Below are positions 56,250 through 64,000 of a DNA stretch of 64,000 nucleotides, piece by piece. Numbering within the stretch: the first letter of the stretch is position 1; the number at the start of each line of letters is the position of its first letter. Under the pieces are notes generated by a model. The model was not told the DNA's origin. It saw only the letters and a list, made by a program, of their open reading frames with translations, and did not search any database. A program made the position numbers and the translations under genes. Source of the stretch: Eledone cirrhosa (Eukaryota); NCBI GenBank assembly GCA_964016885.1, contig OZ024742.1:308574001-308638000 (forward strand), written 5' to 3'.

Positions 56250-57215
56250 TACTGTTATACTGCTTGTTCAAAAGCAATTTGTTTTACATTATTGGTTTTT
56301 AAATGTTGCAATGACCCCGGGATTCTTACATGAATCCTAGAGTCACAATATCATGTTGGGAAGTAAAAACACGCATGTTACAATAACATTCAAGTAATTT
56401 ATTGAAGAAGAACGGCTAAGGATATTGTCTAAATGCAAAAGAACTTAAGTTCTCATTATTTTCTTCATATGTTTTTACTGATGGACGAAAATAGATTTTC
56501 AACCAATCTTCGAAATAAGAATTTGTTACCCACGTTAGAGACTGTGACACAGGCTTTTTTGTTCGACTTATAACCATTGACATTAGTTTAAAATCGTGTT
56601 CAACATCTTTTCCCTCTAAAATCCTAATTCAGGTTTTAGAGCTTTATAACCAAAAACAATTTTTCTTCTTTTGTAAAAAATGACTTAATTGCTTCCAAAA
56701 CATAACAGTTTTGTCAAGCTTAAATAGCTTTGTATTCATACCTTTGTCTTCTATATTTTATTTAGTTCTTGATTGTTTTGCAGCTTCTGGTTCGACTTTA
56801 AATTATAACATTCTACAGTTCATTGCCCTATTTAAACCGGTCATGTCACCAGCGCTACATATTAAAGCCTTTTGGTAACCAGTTCATTATCTTTTCAACT
56901 TGGAGAAATAGCTTAAAACATTGATTTTAATAGAATGAGAAATGATGTTCTGATTGCAACATTTGATTCCTGTTAGTAACATGCATTCCATTTTAATCAT
57001 TTTCCCACTTCGCTAGATTGTATTGTAATTGAAGTTGAAACCATTTGTCCTTTCTTTCTTATAATCGCCAGCTTGTGTCAAAATATTTCGTATTGTTACT
57101 TCAATCAATCTTAAATTATCTTCTAACTCTGATTTTCTTACAACACTTTGGTACATTTTATTTATTTCGAAATTTACTCCAAAGTTGAAACTTGTTGCTT
57201 TTTGTTAGTGTTGAC
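56250..57215 (-). pseudogene. Highly decayed Tigger/pogo transposase
   Basis: Manual translation: DKTVMFWK, WVTNSYFEDWLKIYFRPSVKTY, VLLHLDN, VFLLPN, GVIATFK in the expected DDE-domain order. Confidence 0.7.
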
Positions 57216-57884
57216 AGACATTCCCACTTTGATACTTTCTCTTATTTCATTGTTATCTAATGGAGATATATTACAATGGAGGAGATCGGGAGAGAAATAT
57301 TACAATGTAGAACAAAATTGTTGTCAAACTCTGGAGATGAGGAAGACCTTTCAATATTCGAAATAGCTGAGATGTTTTTTTATGAGGTAGACGTCTAATA
57401 TTAACCGGATTTTTCTCTGTCCTCTGGGCCTGGACCGGTGTACCAGCTGAAACTTCTTTATAGGGCATGCTAATTCGTCATGTGACTGTCGTGTGTAACA
57501 AGTATCGACAAACGGTTTCAGCCTCTTTGGTTCAGCCAGTTGAGTGACTGACTTTACGCTGCTCACTCGCTCTACAACGGTGACCACTTTGATAAAGGCT
57601 CATCCTGGCATTTCTTGAGCGGTGTTAAGTGAAATCTCACCCGTGTTCACTCATTTGATAATTACACATCTGAAACCACCTCTGTTTCAACGATACAAAA
57701 ATGATTGTTTTAAAGTGTTTCTATTTATTTCAAAATCTTCTATCATAATTTTATGTTTGATCCCAGATCAAAATTTTAATTATGTTCACAATTATTTTAA
57801 AACCATAGGCAGTGTCTTTCATTAGAAATAAAATAACGAAAGGGTTAAATACAGATTTCAATCTAAAAGTCGTGTAAATGCTGT

Positions 57885-58075
57885 GAATTGGTCAAATCGA
57901 TAAATCGTCCGTATTATTCTGGCTCTTTACTTTCTGATTTCAAATTCTGCCGTGGTCAACTTTGTCGTTTATCCTTCGGGGGTCGATAAAATAAAGTACC
58001 AGTCAAGTACTGGTGTTGATTTAATCAACTTTGCCATTCCCAAAATTTGCTCACCTTGTGACTAAATTAGAAATC
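57885..58075 (+). mobile_element. Diverged OK-like SINE
   Basis: Core ggggtcgataaaataaagtaccag present. Confidence 0.8.
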
Positions 58076-58474
58076 ACTTTAGAAACTGTTATAAAAAAGG
58101 ACGTGATACACAGGGATTACTGTAGTTGGTTAGGTGTTGAACCAATATAATGCTTGTAGCTATTTGAACTTTATAGTCTTTTGCTTTCTTTACTATTTTT
58201 CTATGTGTGCTGTAAAATACTTTATGTAATTGGTTCTGCATCAACGTTTTTTAATAATTAATTATATTTAAGAGACATTTCTAAAACATTTTTACATAAT
58301 GTATAAACTTTTCTCAATTTACGTTGAAATTTCCATTAAAAATAATTCTGTTTTGCGACAAAATAAAAACCGAATATAAATTGCTCTTTAAAATGTTCAG
58401 AGACAGTTAAATGTAATAAGCTGCTTATGTAGTTGTTGTTTTGTCCCAGGTCAGCCATAATCAGCGCTGACCTT

Positions 58475-58905
58475 TTTCTTCTTCTTCTTCTTCTTCTTCT
58501 TCTTCTTCTTCTTCTTCTTCTTCTTCTTCTTCTTCTTCTTCTTCTTCTTCTTCTTCTTCTTCTTCTTCTTCTTCTTCTTCTTCTTCTTCTTCTTCCTGAG
58601 AGGGTCGTGGGGACAGAGTTCTCAAACACTCCTTCCAGCGGGTTCTGCCAGAAGCAACCATTTGTAATTGATCCGGCTGGATCCCGAAGCGAGACCAACC
58701 AGGCTCATGGATGTTATCCAATCATCTTGCTCGGAGTCTACCCCTGGGTATCCTGCCGGTTGGTTTTTCCCGTAAAATCTGTAAGGCGATTTTTCTTGAG
58801 ACATTCTAACCACATGCCCATAGTATCAAAGCTGTGGTCTTTCAATTCAGAGAAGTAGTGGCTCTACCTGGAGTGACTCTCTGATCCCCGAGCTACACAC
58901 TCTAG
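58475..58905 (-). mobile_element. RTE 3' end with a long (GAA)n tail (58475-58595)
   Basis: MDNIHEPGWSRFGIQPDQL..RTRWKECL..PRPSQ runs into GAA repeats. Confidence 0.75.
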
Positions 58906-59513
58906 CATGCCATAAACAAACATTCCCGACGTCAACCCGCTTTGCTTTTTTTCAGACCTATTACATCTATAGCTATATTATGAAATGTTGGCTTTTATTG
59001 GCAAGGTGTAATTTGAGACAGATTGTGTTGTTATTTCTAGCAGATCATGTGAACACTTAGAGATTCCTTCGTTGACTTATGAAGAAAGATTGTGTGATTA
59101 ATCTTGTTATTATTGGTAATTCTGTTTAAATGAGTATAGAGGGAAAATTTACGACGTATATAATTTCGAAACTTATTCCAAGTTCTCTTTATATAATATA
59201 TTAATGTCTGAGGAGAACCATTATCAACATTTCAAACATATTTTTAGGTAGTAAAAAATATCTACAGTTTATTTAATTTTTTTCTAGTTTTCTTCTCTTC
59301 TTGCTACTCACCTTTCGTTCAATATTATTTTAATCTTCAGTGTATATATGTGTATTTACGTGTATATTAAAATATTGTCAATGACCTTACACACACACTT
59401 ATATGTGTAGAGAGAAAGAGACAGGCAGAGAGAAAGAGAAATATTTACACACACACACACGTATATATATATATATATATATATGAGTGTGTATATATGT
59501 ATGTATTTATATT

Positions 59514-59573
<60 letters not shown>

Positions 59574-59592
59574 TACATACACACACACACAC

Positions 59593-59639
<47 letters not shown>

Positions 59640-59664
59640 TGTGTATATATGTATGTATATATGG

Positions 59665-59700
<36 letters not shown>

Positions 59701-61876
59701 TAGATATCACGGACTTGTTTCTCCTTTTCCTATCTTTCCGTTTCATTACCATCTCCGTTTGTTTACATATCTCGCTCGATTCACCCTAATTTACGTGTCC
59801 CAATAACTTTTTTTCAGTTATTGCTCGCACCAACCACAGGTATAGCCAGTCACTCTCTCTCAGCTGGCCTCTTCCTCGCCCTTTCACTCGCTCACTCTCT
59901 GCTTCTCCCCTCTCTCACTTCCTCCCGTTTGACCTGTGTGAAATCCTTTTCTCGCTCACATCTCGCCCAGGTCGGATGGTCTTTACCTCTCGTCTATGAT
60001 TTCACCGAACTTAAGTTCATAGATATAACGGACTTGTTTCTCCTCTTCCTCTCTTTCCGTTGCATTACCATCTATGTTTGTTTACATGTCCCGCTCGCTT
60101 CACCCTATTTTACGTGTCCCAATAACTTTATTTTGTTATTGCTCGCACCAACCAGAGGTATATGATCTTTAAAGCGAAGAAATACCAATGAAGGTTGGAA
60201 GATCACTGATGAAGGACTAATTTTATTCATATGTAACCCATGTGCAACCACGCAGCACGCCATTTTTCATATATATATATATATATATGTTGGATACGTA
60301 GAGATGTATATATGTATACGTGTATTGCATCTGTTGTGCGTGTGCGTGCATGTGTGCGTTGACACCTGTATATATAACGATTATATCAAATATGTCCTTG
60401 CGTATGTATCTATGCACATTTTTTAGTGCAGTCGGTGAGTGTATGTGTATGTGTGTACATTTGTGTGAACACACACTTTTTTATTTGTATGTGTGATATT
60501 TTACTATGATTTTGACTGGAACTAGGAGCAAGGAATCCCAACCAAGTACTTATAATATAAAAGACAGAAATCATAGCTAACAATATATATAGATCATGCC
60601 AAACTAAAATCCAATTTATTAGCTACATTATTCAACTGTCGAAGAACTCCGTCTAGGTAATACGTGTTCATGAGGTATAATCTGTAAGAGAAATCTAAAG
60701 TCGAAGGAGAAATAAATACAGATATATATAGAGATTTGTGAATCAAAAAAGTATTGGTGGAACCTAAGAATTAATGCAGCTACCAGATTTACAGCTGGTT
60801 GTGATACCAATACATAACCATACCGTATACACCGGAATTGTGGACTATATACTTACTAAACGAAATTAAAGAAAAAAACTAAAAGCACCCCACCCCCCCA
60901 CCCCACCCCACCCCCCACGAACTGAACAACTACAGGAAAAAAATTCCATTTCTACACGTAAATTTTACAAATATGATACATGAAATATATGCTTATAGTG
61001 AGACAACGCATATCCACAAAAATGCTAAATATCAGTAGTAAAATACCTAATTAGAACATTTCGTATCTCCTACATTAACGAAGCTTCCATAACTGTATCC
61101 ACTGAATAAACCAACAATGAATCAATAATGGGAATAAATAGACTAAACTGTATAACACTCCAGACAGAAATACAAATCAAGAAACATAACGAACGCCACA
61201 CCTATTAAAATACATAAAACACACGTAAGATATTTTATTAATTATATGCATACTGATTATAACACATTATCAAAAATCTCATAAAAAGAAAACGAAATGC
61301 ATTACACCAAACAAAAAACTGATCACTAATAATATAGTACAAAAATTCTAAAGTTAAAAACTTTAACAATAACAAAACAACAGATACGTCAATCCGTACG
61401 CAAGCAGCTAATTACCGATGTTACAAAGAAATTCGATTACAAATGTAAAAATTATAAATTTTACGACTTTATTATATTGATCTCTAATTTAAGCACAAGG
61501 CCAAAAATTTGAAGTTAGCGGGAAGTCGATTACATCTATCCTGGTACATTATTTTATCGACCCTGGAAGGGTAAAAAGCAAAGTTGACCTCAGAACGAAA
61601 AGGGCCGTAACTAAATGCTGCTACAAAGCAGTTTTATGAATACTAACAAGTCTACTAATCCATTGCCATCTCGACTATTCTGTTATATCTTCAATACATT
61701 TACAACACTCTCGCGATGGTACACGTTGTTCATATAGGAAGGATCAACAGCAAAATAAAGATAGATAGAAAAACATATTAGCTGACAACACACGCATACT
61801 CTACAGATTTATCCACCAAAATAGTCGATTAATGATGCAAGCAATACTGATGATAGTACAATATTAGTACAATAAA

Positions 61877-62060
61877 GGGGCGGTGGATTGGCAGTATCGG
61901 TAGAGGGTCGGACGCCATGCTTTCCAGCATAGTTACGTCCCTTTACGATCTGAGTTCAAATCCCGCCGAGGTTGACTTTGCCTTTCATCCTTACGGGGTC
62001 GATAAAATAAAGTACCAGTAATGCACTGGGTAATTGCTGGCCTTGTGCCAAAAGTAGAAA
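61877..62060 (+). mobile_element. Full-length OK-like SINE with a 19-bp TSD
   Basis: acaatattagtacaataaa at 61858-61876 and 62060-62078. Confidence 0.92.
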
Positions 62061-62309
62061 CAATATTAGTACAATAAACGCACAAATAAATTACAGATGG
62101 AAATTCTTGTAGTAAAACCTACTATAAAGTATTACTAACAAGATGCAACAAATTTTCATCCTACAGATGAGATTGTAAAAGTTTAGAAGCGCTTAAGCTG
62201 GTTTTAGGAACATTTCTCTTCCAAACAAGCCACAAGGAAACCATATGTACGGACCTTGAAATGACGGTAACGCTGGAACGCGATCGCCGTTTTACACAAC
62301 GTCTAAAAG

Positions 62310-62321
62310 AAAAAGCTGTTC

Positions 62322-62369
<48 letters not shown>

Positions 62370-62461
62370 GAACATATATATGACTCGGAATTTGACTCGG
62401 AATTTGCGTTGCGTTTCGCTATTTCTTTTCTACCCGCCGAAATGCGATTCTCGCTGAATTT

Positions 62462-62532
<71 letters not shown>

Positions 62533-62727
62533 AGAGTATTGAAATTTCCTTGAAGCATTGTGGAATAATAAGGTATATTTCTTTAGGTCGTTTTGGAAGC
62601 CTTAACAATGCAGATGGGTAAATCTCCGGGTAACAAGATCCGGTGGTGGAGAGAGAGATGTAAGTGAATGTAGGTTGAGATGTGTAGTGTGTAGATGTGC
62701 ATTGTTGAGGCTTCCAAAACGCCCTAA

Positions 62728-62769
<42 letters not shown>

Positions 62770-63018
62770 TCGGCGAGAATCGCATTTCTGCGGGTAGAAA
62801 AAGCGAAACGAAACGCAAAATCAGAGTTATGCTGGCAACCGCTCTATAGTTAAAAAGCCAGAGCTAAACATATGTGTTAAAACGCCATACAAACTGAAAA
62901 AGTGGTCAAAAAGGCATTAAACACCTAAGCCAAAAAGTAAGTCAAACTAATCAGGTCAAACAGAATAACTGATAAAATCATATATATATATATATATATA
63001 TATGAGGAACAGCTTTTT
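62310..63018. repeat. Nested inverted repeats among (TA)n
   Basis: 62400-62462 mirrors 62765-62820; 62580-62612 mirrors 62698-62730; aaaaagctgttcctca mirrors tgaggaacagcttttt. Confidence 0.75.
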
Positions 63019-63499
63019 TATATGGGGATGATGGGGGGGGGAGGGGGGTATATAAATAATAATAATAATAATAATGAAATTATTGTGTAAAGTGCTCAGG
63101 TGCACTACAACTCGTCAATATAGTACATAGAATAATACACAAATGCCAGGGAAGTACATGTTTGTATGTGTTAGCTGTAGTGTTGGCGGATCTCGGGAAG
63201 CATGGAGGCCTTAAAGGATGCAGTGTCTCGACAGCTAACAACTGATGTCCCACGCACGCATACATCTCTCTCTCTGTATATATATATATACATATTTATA
63301 TTAAGTATATATACATATATATGTATTCATATATATATATAAATCTATATATATATATATACATATATATATATAATGATGACGAGGTAAATATGCTTAT
63401 GCTTCACCAAATTCTTCAATATATTCAAAAATGGGAAATGGTTTCAATTATTTCCGATCGGATTCTCTTTTTATCGACAAGCCACGAACCATAGACCAC

Positions 63500-63959
63500 T
63501 CTACCACTACTACTACCACTGCTACTACCATTACTACTAATACTACTACTTCTAATACTACTACCACCACCACTACTACCACCACCACTACTACCATTAT
63601 TACCTTTACAATTACTACTACTACTACTACTACCACCTCTACTACCATTACTACTATTACTACTACCACCACCACTACCACCACAACTACTACCATTACT
63701 ACTACTACCACTACTACTACCACCACTACTACCATTACTACTACTACTATTACTACTACCACTACTACTACCACCATTACTACTACTACTACTACCACCA
63801 ACACTATTACCACCATTACTACCATTACTACTACTACTACTAGTACTACTACTACTACCACCACTACTACTACCACTACTACCACAACCACTACTACCAT
63901 TACTACTACTACTACCACCACCTCCATTACTACTGCTACCTACTTTACTACTACTACTG

Positions 63960-63999
<40 letters not shown>

Positions 64000-64000
64000 C
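63500..64000. repeat. (CTA/CCA)n compound trinucleotide array
   Basis: Visible directly. Confidence 0.95.

Noticed and set aside
57620-57848. piggyBac-like end AAAGGG-TTAA
   Set aside because: No matching opposite TIR found.
60175-60225. Possible SECIS (ATGA..AA..GA) in the 46/60 kb element
   Set aside because: No helix II pairing and no linked ORF.

Overview
AT-rich eukaryotic, repeat-dominated window. It is most likely from an octopus-type cephalopod, inferred from the dominant SINE and the (TA)n load. No intact host gene is visible, only weak micro-exon candidates. Main content: (1) a decayed Naiad/Chlamys-type Penelope-like element (PLE) at 0.5-5 kb; (2) a 15-kb pile-up of non-LTR retrotransposons in (AAT)n microsatellites at 7-22 kb, with a near full-length and a truncated Tx1-type LINE and two Dong/R4-type families; (3) many tRNA-derived SINEs, RTE and CRE fragments, a hAT MITE, Helitron-like elements and a Tigger remnant; (4) about 24 minimal type I hammerhead ribozyme motifs, found by eye, from roughly 14 unrelated short non-coding elements in tandem or inverted arrangement within (TA)n tracts, several with compensatory changes; (5) a long hairpin at 33.0-33.8 kb whose arm differences are almost all G-U compatible on the + strand, as expected for an ADAR hyper-edited dsRNA written back into the genome or a selected hairpin RNA. 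All alignments and folds were done manually, so boundaries are approximate unless a TSD or TIR is quoted.
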